A stretch of 64,000 bases of DNA from Dehalococcoidia bacterium (GTDB lineage: Bacteria > Chloroflexota > Dehalococcoidia > Lucifugimonadales > SHYT01). Of this stretch, positions 38,986 to 48,059 are shown one piece after another. Each line of letters starts with the position of its first letter. Position 1 is the stretch's first letter. The stretch lies in the NCBI GenBank assembly GCA_009692665.1, contig SHYT01000003.1, positions 66,389 through 130,388 of the forward strand, in the 5' to 3' direction. The notes beneath the pieces were generated by a model. It saw only the letters and a list, made by a program, of their open reading frames with translations, was not told the DNA's origin and did not search any database. Position numbers and translations under genes: made by a program.

Positions 38986-41982
38986 TTACGAACGTCCGCT
39001 TGCGACCTTTTGTCGAGCTTTGCCGGCAGCTTTCTTTCCGTTGGTGCGGGCGCCATTATTGTGCACTTCCGGTACTGCGCCGTTTGTCTCGTTCGTTGGC
39101 GCATGGATTTTGGGCTTCCCGCCAATGAGCGATTGCAGGTACTCGCCGGTTATTGACTCAGGGGTGCGCGCCACATCTTCCGGCGTGCCCACGGCGATGA
39201 CGCGGCCGCCGCGCTCGCCCGCGCCGGGCCCAAGGTCTATGAGCCAGTCCGCGTTCTTGATCACGTCCAAGTGATGCTCGATAACGATGATGCTGTTGCC
39301 CGCGTCCACCAACCTGTGCATCACGCGCAGGAGCGCGGCCACGTCCTCAAAGGACAGTCCTGTGGTCGGCTCATCAAGGATGTAGAGCGTGCGGCCCGTG
39401 GCGCGTTTGGAAAGCTCCGTGGAGAGTTTGATGCGCTGCGCCTCGCCGCCGGACAGCGTGGTGGCTGGCTGGCCCAGGCGCATGTAGCCAAGGCCCACTT
39501 GCTGCATGGTCTCCAGCTTGTTGCGGATGGATGGAATGTTCTTGAACAGTTCCGCCGCTTCATCCACGTTGGAGTTCAGGATGTCCGTGATGGACTTGTC
39601 GTGGAACTTTACTTCCAGCGCTTCGCGGTCGTAGCGGGCGCCCTTGCAGACTTCGCAGGGGACCGTGACGTCCGGAAGGAACTGCATTTCGATCTGGATG
39701 TAGCCGTCGCCCTGGCAGGCTTCGCAGCGGCCGCCCTTTACGTTGAAGGAGAAGCGGCCCGGCTGATAGCCGCGCGCCTTTGCTTCAGGCAGTGAAGCGA
39801 AGAGCTCGCGCATGGGCGTGAACGCGCCCACGTATGTTGCCGGGTTGCTGCGCGGCGTCCGGCCAATGGGCGACTGGTCAATGTTGATGACCTTGTCTAT
39901 GTTCTCGATGCCGGTGATGGAATCGTGCTCACCCGGCTTGTCCTTGGCCCGGTACAGGATCTGCGCCAGTCGCTTGTAGAGCACGTCGTAGACAAGCGTG
40001 CTCTTGCCGGAGCCCGAGACGCCCGTAATGCAGACCATCTTGCCTAACGGGAAGTCCACGGTCACGTTTTTAAGGTTGTTTTCGCGCGCGCCCTTGAGCA
40101 CCACGGACTTGCCGCTGCCGGCCCGTCGTGTCTTGGGGACAGCAATCTGCTTCCTGCCGGACAGGTACGCGCCGGTCAGGGAGTTGGGATTGTCCATGAC
40201 TTCTTGCAGCGTGCCCGTGGCCACCACGTAGCCGCCGTGCTCGCCCGCGCCGGGGCCCATGTCCACGATGAAGTCCGCCGCGCGCATGACCGCCTCGTCA
40301 TGCTCCACCAGCAGGACCGTGTTGCCCAGGTCGCGCAGGCGCTTGAGGGTTTCCACCAGCCGGTAATCGTCTGCGGGGTGCAAGCCGATGGTTGGCTCGT
40401 CGCAGACGTACAGGACGCCCATGAGGCCTGAGCCGATTTGCGTCGCCAGACGGATGCGCTGCGCCTCACCGCCGGAGAGGGTCGCGGCCATGCGCTCTAC
40501 GGTAAGGTATTCCAGGCCAATGTCGGCCAAGAATTTTAGGCGCGCATAAATCTCTTTTAGGATTTGCTTCGCGATGAGCAGGTCACGCTCAGAGAGCGCG
40601 GTCTCGTCCGCCACGCGCTCCGGCGACGTCTTCTGGATGTCGTTCACCCATGCCAGCGCCTTCTCCACGCTGAGCGCGGATACCTGCATGATGTTCTTCC
40701 CGCAGACAGTGACCGCGAGCGCTTCGGGCTTCAGCCGCTTGCCCGTGCACTTCGTGCAGGGCCGCTGGGCCATGTACCGCTCGATTTCCGCCTTAACGAA
40801 ATCGGATTCGGTCTCCTTGTAACGGCGCATGAGGTTGGGGATAACGCCCTCAAACGTGGTCTCCCACGAGTACGTGTGCCCCCGGTGCGTGCGGTGGCGC
40901 ATGGTGAACGAGTTCTCTCGGTCGCCGTAGAGGATGAGGTCGAGGGTGTCCGGCATCAGGTTGCGCACCGACGTCTTCGTTGAGAAGCCGTGCTTCTTGG
41001 CCAAAGACTCCAGCAAGCTGGTGTACCAGACGCTGGACGAGCCTGAGCGCACCCACGGTTGGATGGCCCCCTCTGCCAATGAAAGATCCCGGTTGGGGAT
41101 GACCATGTCCGGGTCAACCTCCAATTTGAACCCCAGGCCGGTGCACTCCGGGCACGCGCCGTGCGGGTTGTTGAAGCTGAACGACCTCGGCTCCAGCTCG
41201 CCGAGGCTGACGCCGTCGTAGGGGCAGGCGAACTGCTGCGAGAAGACCATCTCTTGCTCTGGCGCGCTCAGCACAGAAACGCCTACCACGCCCTCGGCAA
41301 GCTTGATGGCGGTGTCGACCGAGTTGGCGACGCGCGACTGCTCCAGTGATGCGTTGGCGACCAGGCGGTCAATGACGATCTCCACCGTGTGGCGCTTGTT
41401 CTTGTCGAGCGTGATCGTCTCGGACAGCTCGTGCATCTTCTTGTCCACGCGGGCGCGGACGAAGCCTTTCTTGCGCGCGTCTTCCAGCACGTCCTTGTAC
41501 TCGCCCTTGCGGTCACGCACGGCGGGGGCCAGCACTATGAAGCGCGTGCCCTGCGGCAGCGCCATGATGGAGTCCACGATTTGCTGGGTGGTCTGCTTCT
41601 GCACGGGCCGCCCGCACTGCGGACAGTGCGGCTTGCCTGCGCGGGCGTACAGCAGGCGCAGGTGGTCGTACACCTCCGTGATGGTGCCGACGGTGGAACG
41701 CGGGTTATGTGACGCGCCCTTCTGGTCGATGGAGATGGCGGGAGAAAGCCCCTCGATGTAGTCCACATCGGGCTTTTCCATGCGGCCCAGGAACTGGCGG
41801 GCGTACGCGGACAACGACTCGACGTAGCGGCGCTGGCCTTCGGCGTAGATGGTGTCGAAGGCCAGGGAGCTTTTGCCTGAGCCAGAGACGCCGGTGATGA
41901 CCACCAGCTTGTTGCGGGGGATGGTGACGTCAATGCCCTTGAGGTTGTGCTCTCGGGCGCCTTTAACAACGATGTTTTCCAG
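38986..41982 (-). CDS. uvrA: Excinuclease ABC subunit A (probable CTG start)
   Basis: GAREHNLK, two GVSGSGKS Walker A motifs, two LSGGEAQR, Zn fingers; SD AGAAGGAG 7 nt before CTG 41982. Confidence 0.96.
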   Translation of the reverse strand: MENIVVKGAREHNLKGIDVTIPRNKLVVITGVSGSGKSSLAFDTIYAEGQRRYVESLSAYARQFLGRMEKPDVDYIEGLSPAISIDQKGASHNPRSTVGTITEVYDHLRLLYARAGKPHCPQCGRPVQKQTTQQIVDSIMALPQGTRFIVLAPAVRDRKGEYKDVLEDARKKGFVRARVDKKMHELSETITLDKNKRHTVEIVIDRLVANASLEQSRVANSVDTAIKLAEGVVGVSVLSAPEQEMVFSQQFACPYDGVSLGELEPRSFSFNNPHGACPECTGLGFKLEVDPDMVIPNRDLSLAEGAIQPWVRSGSSSVWYTSLLESLAKKHGFSTKTSVRNLMPDTLDLILYGDRENSFTMRHRTHRGHTYSWETTFEGVIPNLMRRYKETESDFVKAEIERYMAQRPCTKCTGKRLKPEALAVTVCGKNIMQVSALSVEKALAWVNDIQKTSPERVADETALSERDLLIAKQILKEIYARLKFLADIGLEYLTVERMAATLSGGEAQRIRLATQIGSGLMGVLYVCDEPTIGLHPADDYRLVETLKRLRDLGNTVLLVEHDEAVMRAADFIVDMGPGAGEHGGYVVATGTLQEVMDNPNSLTGAYLSGRKQIAVPKTRRAGSGKSVVLKGARENNLKNVTVDFPLGKMVCITGVSGSGKSTLVYDVLYKRLAQILYRAKDKPGEHDSITGIENIDKVINIDQSPIGRTPRSNPATYVGAFTPMRELFASLPEAKARGYQPGRFSFNVKGGRCEACQGDGYIQIEMQFLPDVTVPCEVCKGARYDREALEVKFHDKSITDILNSNVDEAAELFKNIPSIRNKLETMQQVGLGYMRLGQPATTLSGGEAQRIKLSTELSKRATGRTLYILDEPTTGLSFEDVAALLRVMHRLVDAGNSIIVIEHHLDVIKNADWLIDLGPGAGERGGRVIAVGTPEDVARTPESITGEYLQSLIGGKPKIHAPTNETNGAVPEVHNNGARTNGKKAAGKARQKVASGRS

Positions 41983-42026
41983 GAGAGTGCTCCTTCTACG
42001 TGTGGGGAATTGGGATAAAAGCCGCA

Positions 42027-42041
42027 AGAACTATTGTACCA
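42027..42041 (-). promoter_or_regulatory. Gram-positive-type LexA (SOS) box overlapping the extended -10 of uvrA
   Basis: GAAC-tatt-GTAC 42028-42039 overlapping TGgTACAAT on the minus strand. Confidence 0.65.
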
Positions 42042-42394
42042 GCCAGAGGCGCGGACGCGGCACGCTGCGCGAGGTGTTAGGGTGTGTCTGGCGGGCGAAC
42101 GCCTGGTGCCTGATAGGGTCTGGTGTTTACATACGACCGTTTGACTTCGCGGGGCCTGACAGGTTTTCAGGCCGTGGCGCGGCGCCCGGTTTGATGTCCT
42201 GTAGAGGTTCGTGGGTTTCACGCGAGCGATAAGCGGGGGGGGCACGAGCGCTAAACGGCTGAGTCTATTGGGTCGGCAATCCTACGTTGCCAGCGCACGT
42301 GAGGCTTCGTGGTAGATATAACCCATTCCTGGTTTGTGCTTTTCTGAACGTACCCGTTCGCCGCATCGTACCCGCGTTTACAGGCTCCTGAGAT

Positions 42395-42424
42395 TTGACA
42401 TTGGAGTGGGCCGAATGCTATAGT
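42395..42424 (+). promoter_or_regulatory. Sigma70 promoter of the nuo operon
   Basis: TTGACA 42395-42400, 18 nt, TGc-TATAGT 42419-42424. Confidence 0.7.
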
Positions 42425-42443
42425 CTGGCTGTTTGGAGGGTGC

Positions 42444-42812
42444 ATGCCTCAGGAATACGCCATCAATTACGGCGCAGTGGTACTGGCGGCAATCGTAGGG
42501 CTCATGGCAGTGCTTTTCATGTTCCTGACCAACTATTTGTTGGCTCCCCGGCGTTCCTCAGCGATAAAAGGTCTTCCGTTTGAGTGTGGCGTCCCCGCCG
42601 CACCGTTCACCTGGTCACAAATCAACATCCGGTACTACATCTTCGCCATTTTGTTCCTGGTGTTTGACGTTGAGGCGGTGTTCCTATTCCCTTGGGTCAT
42701 CATCTACCTGAAGAGTGCACCCATCGTCTTCTACGAAATGCTCGTGTTCCTCGCCATCCTGCTTTTCGGCCTGCTGTACGGCTGGAAGAAAGGGATGCTT
42801 GAATGGCAGTAA
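42444..42812 (+). CDS. nuoA: NADH-quinone oxidoreductase subunit A
   Basis: [34 protein letters not shown]. Confidence 0.95.
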   Translation: MPQEYAINYGAVVLAAIVGLMAVLFMFLTNYLLAPRRSSAIKGLPFECGVPAAPFTWSQINIRYYIFAILFLVFDVEAVFLFPWVIIYLKSAPIVFYEMLVFLAILLFGLLYGWKKGMLEWQ

Positions 42813-43504
42813 CTGGCAACACTCCTCCAGGGAATTTTGGGCCGGAGAACCCAGGAAAACCGGGACTTCTTCCGGCTGACAAAGCACGCCAGGTCATCTG
42901 GAAGAGCATTGGGCCAAGAACGCCGGCAGAAGAGGGCATTACTGTAGGCACGGGCAATAGGCCTGCCCCCGCGCCCTACCAGAAATACGCGCCTGCAATG
43001 ATCACGACGACCACGCAGAAGCTCTTTGCCATGGCGCGCGCGAACTCGCTGTGGCCGCTGCAGTTCGGGCTGGCGTGCTGCGCCATCGAGATGATTTCCA
43101 CCTACATGGCGCACCACGACCTCGACCGGATTGGCGTCGTCACGTGGCCATCGCCGCGGCAGAGCGACGTGATGATTGTGGCTGGCACGGTGGTCAAGAA
43201 AATGGCGGAACCTATCAGGCTGCTGTACGAGCAAATGCCGGAGCCGAAGTGGGTCATTGCCATGGGCGCGTGCGCGACCAACGGCGGGCCGTATTGGCGG
43301 TCATACTCGGTTGTCATGGGTGTAGACCACATTATCCCGGTCGACATCTACATCCCTGGTTGCCCCCCGCGCCCCGAAGCACTTCTTGACGGCATCTTCA
43401 AACTGCAGGAAAAGATACAACAGGACGCGAAACGCAGTGGTCAGTCAGGAACCGCCCAGGCCGGCGACACCGCCACCCTCGAGGCCCCCCGTCCCAGCGG
43501 CTAG
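42803..43504 (+). CDS. nuoB: NADH-quinone oxidoreductase subunit B
   Basis: [33 protein letters not shown]. Confidence 0.96.
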   Translation: MAVTGNTPPGNFGPENPGKPGLLPADKARQVIWKSIGPRTPAEEGITVGTGNRPAPAPYQKYAPAMITTTTQKLFAMARANSLWPLQFGLACCAIEMISTYMAHHDLDRIGVVTWPSPRQSDVMIVAGTVVKKMAEPIRLLYEQMPEPKWVIAMGACATNGGPYWRSYSVVMGVDHIIPVDIYIPGCPPRPEALLDGIFKLQEKIQQDAKRSGQSGTAQAGDTATLEAPRPSG

Positions 43505-44003
43505 CGCTGGTCATGGGGCCGCCGAGGCTCCCTCAAAATTGAATGCCAAGGGCCTGGCGTTGATGCGCCTGCTGCCTGAAGTCCTCGCTCCTTTTTCACC
43601 ACAGATTGCCGCCAGCTACGACGACGTGGTCATTACGGTGGACAAGAGCAAGCTCGTCCAGATGGCCCGTGTCCTGCGCGACGATAGCCGCCTGAGCTTT
43701 GACCTGATGCGTCTACTCACCGTGGTTGACTACAATGACCACTTCCAAGTCGTGTACCATCTATGGTCGCTGGGCAAGCGGCACCGCACGGTAGTGAAGG
43801 TGGACACGCCCGCCGCTGAGGCTTCAGTCCCGTCCGTCACATCGGTGTGGAGGACGGCAGACTGGTACGAACGCGAGGGCAAAGAGCTGTTCGGCGTGAA
43901 CTTTGAAGGGCATCCCAAGCTAGAGCCGCTCCTGTTGTGGGAGGGCTTTGAGGGATACCCGGGGCGCAGGTCCTACCAGCTCTTCGATTACAAGGAGTTC
44001 TAG
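43437..44003 (+). CDS. nuoC: NADH-quinone oxidoreductase subunit C (start uncertain)
   Basis: [31 protein letters not shown]. Confidence 0.9.
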   Translation: MVSQEPPRPATPPPSRPPVPAASAGHGAAEAPSKLNAKGLALMRLLPEVLAPFSPQIAASYDDVVITVDKSKLVQMARVLRDDSRLSFDLMRLLTVVDYNDHFQVVYHLWSLGKRHRTVVKVDTPAAEASVPSVTSVWRTADWYEREGKELFGVNFEGHPKLEPLLLWEGFEGYPGRRSYQLFDYKEF

Positions 44004-44004
44004 C

Positions 44005-45123
44005 ATGGCGCAATCGCGTCCACTGCAATCGCTGGACATGATGGTGAACATGGGGCCGCAGCACCCCAGCACGCACGGCGTCTTCCGCATGGTGCTGTGG
44101 GTGGACGGCGAGTACATCGTGGAGGCCGAGCCATACATCGGCTACCTGCACCGCGGCACGGAGAAGCTGTGCGAGGGCGAGCTGTACCCGCAAATCATCA
44201 CGCTCTTTGACCGGCTGGACTACCTGGCGAACTTCAACAATGAGTGGACGCTCTGTCTGGCGATGGAAAAGCTGATGAGCGTGCAGGTGCCGGAGCGCGC
44301 CGAGTACATCCGCCTCATCCTCTGTGAGCTGAACCGTATCGCGAGCCACATGCTGTTCTACGGTACGATGGGCCTGGACGCGGGCGCTATGACGCCGGTG
44401 ATGTGGGGTTTCCGCGAGCGCGAGCGCATCCAGCGCCTATTCGAGGCGACGAGCGGCGCGCGCATGATGCACAACTACTTCCGGATCGGCGGCATTAAAG
44501 AGGATGTGCCAGAGGACTGGAAGGCCCGTGTGAGCGGGCTGGCCTCAGAGCTGGAAAAGAGCATCGAAGAGTGCGACAAGCTGCTCACTTATAACGAGGT
44601 GTACCTGGTCCGCTCCGTCAACGTCGGTAAGCTTTCCGCCAAGGAAGCACTGGAGTGGGGCGTAACCGGCCCGTGCCTGCGCGCTTCCGGTATCCCCTAC
44701 GACGTGCGCACGTCTGAACCGTACTCGCTCTACAATCGGTTCCAGTTCGACATCCCGGTGGGCAAGAACGGGGACACGTGGGACCGGTACGCGTTGCGGG
44801 TTGAAGAGATGCGGCAGTCGGTGAAGATCATCAAGCAGGCGCTGGGGCAGATGCCGGATACCGGGCCGTTCATGGCGACCGGCGTGCGGCGCATCCCCAG
44901 ACCGCCCAAAGGCGAGGTGTACCTTGGCACTGAAAACCCACGTGGCGAGTTTGGCGTGTACATAGTGAGCGACGGCGGCGATAAGCCGTACCGCTTGAAG
45001 ATTCGCCCGCCGTCCTTTGTGAATTTGCAGGCGCTGAAGGCCATGCTCCGCAACTCGTACATTGCGGACTCGGTCATGATCCTTGGCTCCCTGGACATTG
45101 TGCTTGGCGAGGTGGACCGTTAA
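44005..45123 (+). CDS. nuoD: NADH-quinone oxidoreductase subunit D
   Basis: NMGPQHPSTHGV, GYLHRGTEK, ELNRIASH, DIVLGEVDR. Confidence 0.96.
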   Translation: MAQSRPLQSLDMMVNMGPQHPSTHGVFRMVLWVDGEYIVEAEPYIGYLHRGTEKLCEGELYPQIITLFDRLDYLANFNNEWTLCLAMEKLMSVQVPERAEYIRLILCELNRIASHMLFYGTMGLDAGAMTPVMWGFRERERIQRLFEATSGARMMHNYFRIGGIKEDVPEDWKARVSGLASELEKSIEECDKLLTYNEVYLVRSVNVGKLSAKEALEWGVTGPCLRASGIPYDVRTSEPYSLYNRFQFDIPVGKNGDTWDRYALRVEEMRQSVKIIKQALGQMPDTGPFMATGVRRIPRPPKGEVYLGTENPRGEFGVYIVSDGGDKPYRLKIRPPSFVNLQALKAMLRNSYIADSVMILGSLDIVLGEVDR

Positions 45124-45233
45124 TGACGTGGTTTGGATGGGTCGCGAGTCTCGGTGGCATCCTGTCAGTTCTCTGCGTGTGCGGCGTCTTGGGCGTGTTC
45201 CTGGCGACCATGAAGGGTGAGCTGGAGCGGTAA
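45123..45233 (+). CDS. 36-aa single-TM microprotein inside the nuo operon
   Basis: MTWFGWVASLGGILSVLCVCGVLGVFLATMKGELER; TAATG stop/start overlaps with nuoD and with nuoH. Confidence 0.75.
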   Translation: MTWFGWVASLGGILSVLCVCGVLGVFLATMKGELER

Positions 45234-46504
45234 TGGACCACTGGTTTGCGGTCGCCGCGTCCATAGGCGGCGTGCTGGCGATAAGCTGCTTCCTGGCCGT
45301 GGGCGGGATGTTCGTGGCCATGATGTTCGGCTGGAAGTTCGCGGTGCTGACCGGGCTGGCGCAAACCGGCGCGGCGCTGGTCACGGCTATTGTGGCGCTG
45401 CTGCTCATCTTTGGCGGATGGCGCATGGTGTTCATCGCCGCGGGCACTGTGGGTCTGTTCGCGTTCCTGTCCGTGGCGGTCCTGGCTATCACGCTCTACG
45501 AACGAAAAGTGCTCGCGCGGTTCCATCAGCGGCTCGGGCCGATGCGTGTGGGGCCGCACGGCATTCTGCAGCCGCTTGCGGACGCCATTAAAATTGTGAC
45601 CAAGGAAGACATCATGCCCGCGTGGACAGACCATGCGGTGTTCTGGTTGGCGCCCATTGCGTTCTTCATCCCCACGTTCCTCATCTGGCTGGTGGTGCCG
45701 TTTGCAGACGGGTGGGTCGTCGCGGACATGGAGCTGGGCCTGCTGTACCTGGTGGCGTTCTCTGTGCTGGCCATTGCGGGACTGTTCATGGCGGGATGGA
45801 GCTCCGCGAACAAGTACAGCATGATAGGCGGCCTGCGGGCGATTGCGCAGCTCATCAGCTATGAGATCCCCATCATCGTGATTGTCATCACGCTGGGCCT
45901 GACCGCCGGGTCGCTGAACATCAGCGCCGTCGTGAACGCGCAGAACACTGCGTGGTACATCCTGACGCAGCCGCTGGCGTTCGCAATCTTCTTCCTGGCG
46001 GGCCTGGCGGAGATCGGCCGGACGCCCTTCGACATCTACCACGCGGAATCGGAAGTCATGGGCGGTCCGTTTCTGGAGTACAGCGGCGCACACTGGGCCA
46101 TCTTCTATCTGGCCGAGTACATTAACACCTTCCTGCTAGGCGTGTTCGTCACGCTGCTGTTCCTTGGCGGCTGGCTCGGGCCAGTGCTGCCCGCCATCTT
46201 ATGGTTCTTCATCAAGGTGTTCGCGGTCATTGCGGTGATGTTCTGGTTCCGCGGCACGTTCCCGCGCTTCCGCATTGACCAACTGATGTCGCTGGGGTGG
46301 AAGTTCCTGATTCCACTGGCCTTCGTGAACTTCATCGTCACGGCTGTGGTAGCCTTCTACGGGCTGCCCGCGTATGTGTTGGCAATTATCGAACTGGCGG
46401 CACTGGTGGGGATCGCAGTCCTGGTGCAGTCGAAGCTGACTTCACCGAGCCGGCGGCCGACGCTGCGGCTCATATCTGCGAGGGAGTTGCGTGATGCTCA
46501 ATAG
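45233..46504 (+). CDS. nuoH: NADH-quinone oxidoreductase subunit H with N-terminal extra TM helices
   Basis: ERK..R..QRLGP, QPLADAIK, AQLISYE, AEIGRTPFD..AESE, PRFRIDQL. Confidence 0.95.
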   Translation: MDHWFAVAASIGGVLAISCFLAVGGMFVAMMFGWKFAVLTGLAQTGAALVTAIVALLLIFGGWRMVFIAAGTVGLFAFLSVAVLAITLYERKVLARFHQRLGPMRVGPHGILQPLADAIKIVTKEDIMPAWTDHAVFWLAPIAFFIPTFLIWLVVPFADGWVVADMELGLLYLVAFSVLAIAGLFMAGWSSANKYSMIGGLRAIAQLISYEIPIIVIVITLGLTAGSLNISAVVNAQNTAWYILTQPLAFAIFFLAGLAEIGRTPFDIYHAESEVMGGPFLEYSGAHWAIFYLAEYINTFLLGVFVTLLFLGGWLGPVLPAILWFFIKVFAVIAVMFWFRGTFPRFRIDQLMSLGWKFLIPLAFVNFIVTAVVAFYGLPAYVLAIIELAALVGIAVLVQSKLTSPSRRPTLRLISARELRDAQ

Positions 46505-47066
46505 CTTGAAGGGCCTTTTGCTGACGCTCCGAATCGCGCCGCGCAAGCCGGTGACAGCGGAGTACCCGAAGAAGCATCTGCCTATCCAGGACAGCTACAT
46601 GGGCTTTCCTGTGCTGACCTGGGATAGCAGGATTGGCGAGCCGTACTGCACGGGGTGCATGGTGTGCGTCCGGATGTGCCCCACGAACTGCATGAGCGCA
46701 CTCATGAAGGACAACCCGCTGAATAAGGAAGGGAAGAGCCCTCGCAAGAAGATTATCGAAGCGTTCGAGATCAACTACGGCCGGTGCATCCTGTGCGGCA
46801 TCTGCGAAGAGGTGTGCGCCTTTGACGCCATCACGATGAGCCACCAGCATGAGCTGGGTTCCATGGCGCGCAACGGCCGCCGCGTGGATTTGCCTCGCCT
46901 GCTGGAGCTTGGCAAGCTGTACCAGGACGAGTCCGGCTGGCGTCCGCCAACGGAGATAGAGAAGGAGAAGCAAGCTGCGCTCAAAACAGTCCAGGCGAGC
47001 GCCGCCGCAGGCGCCATTCCGCCGCCCGTCGTGCAGCCGACGAGCCCGCCGCAGGCAGGCCCATAG
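46494..47066 (+). CDS. nuoI: NADH-quinone oxidoreductase subunit I
   Basis: CTGCMVCVRMCP and CILCGICEEVC 4Fe-4S motifs. Confidence 0.93.
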   Translation: MLNSLKGLLLTLRIAPRKPVTAEYPKKHLPIQDSYMGFPVLTWDSRIGEPYCTGCMVCVRMCPTNCMSALMKDNPLNKEGKSPRKKIIEAFEINYGRCILCGICEEVCAFDAITMSHQHELGSMARNGRRVDLPRLLELGKLYQDESGWRPPTEIEKEKQAALKTVQASAAAGAIPPPVVQPTSPPQAGP

Positions 47067-47591
47067 GTGGGAAGTCTTATCGCCTACAGCTTCCTGGCAG
47101 CCCTGATTGTGGGCGGCGCGCTCGGTGTGGTGACCAGCCGCAATGTGGCCCATGCCGCGCTGTTCCTGCTCACGACGCTCGCGGCCGTGGCGGGCATCTT
47201 CATCCTGTCGCTGGCCGAGTTTCTGGCACTGGTGCAGGTGCTCATCTACGGCGGCGCCATCACCATCGTGCTGCTGTTCGCGTTGATGCTCACCCGCCTG
47301 GAAGAGTTCTCCAACGTAAGAGACAACACGCAGTGGCCGATGGCGATTATCGCATCGGTGGCACTGCTGGTCGTGCTGGTCGGCGCCATCTTCGCCTCGC
47401 GACCATCCGGCGCCGCGCTGCGCGGGGCGTCGTTTCAGGAAGTCGGCACTCAATTGTTCACGAAGTGGGCGGTGCCGTTTGAGGTCGCGTCCCTTGTCCT
47501 GCTGGTCGCGCTTGTGGGCGCGTTCCTGCTAGCCCGCGGCGGCGGCAACCCCGGCGACGACGGCATACGTGACGGAGGGAATCGCTCATGA
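47067..47591 (+). CDS. nuoJ: NADH-quinone oxidoreductase subunit J
   Basis: AEFLALVQVLIYGGAI, PFEVASLVLLVALVGA. Confidence 0.93.
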   Translation: MGSLIAYSFLAALIVGGALGVVTSRNVAHAALFLLTTLAAVAGIFILSLAEFLALVQVLIYGGAITIVLLFALMLTRLEEFSNVRDNTQWPMAIIASVALLVVLVGAIFASRPSGAALRGASFQEVGTQLFTKWAVPFEVASLVLLVALVGAFLLARGGGNPGDDGIRDGGNRS

Positions 47592-47893
47592 CGCTGCTGC
47601 ACACGGAGCTCCTTAGCGCAGTCCTCTTCGTCATTGGCCTGTACGGTGTGCTGGCGCGTCGCAACGCAGTGCTGGTGCTCATGTCGGTAGAGCTGATGCT
47701 GAACGCGGTGAACATTAACCTGATCGGATATGCCGCGTTCACCGACCCGGGCCGGGTGCTTGGCCAAGTGCTCGCCATCTTCGTCATCACGGTGGCCGCC
47801 GCGGAAGTGGGTCTCGCGTTGGCGATCATCCTGAGGCTCTATCGCAATCGGGGCACCGTAAACCTGAACGAAATCAACCTAATGAAATGGTAG
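47588..47893 (+). CDS. nuoK: NADH-quinone oxidoreductase subunit K
   Basis: RRNAVLVLMSVELMLNAVN, VAAAEVGLALAI. Confidence 0.95.
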   Translation: MTLLHTELLSAVLFVIGLYGVLARRNAVLVLMSVELMLNAVNINLIGYAAFTDPGRVLGQVLAIFVITVAAAEVGLALAIILRLYRNRGTVNLNEINLMKW

Positions 47894-48004
47894 GCGCTCA
47901 TGCGCGCGCGGCTGTGGGAACATCGTCCATTCGGGTGCATATGAGGCGTCTCAGTGAAGTGAAATAGCTCGAATACGACAAGGCAATCGGTGGGGGGGTG
48001 AGGT

Positions 48005-48031
48005 GGTCAGTCTGAGGGGACTGGCCTTTTT
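48005..48031 (+). terminator. Terminator-like hairpin between nuoK and nuoL
   Basis: GGTCAGTC-tgaggg-GACTGGCC followed by T5. Confidence 0.4.
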
Positions 48032-48059
48032 ACGGACTACATGGTAGCGAGGAACACTG

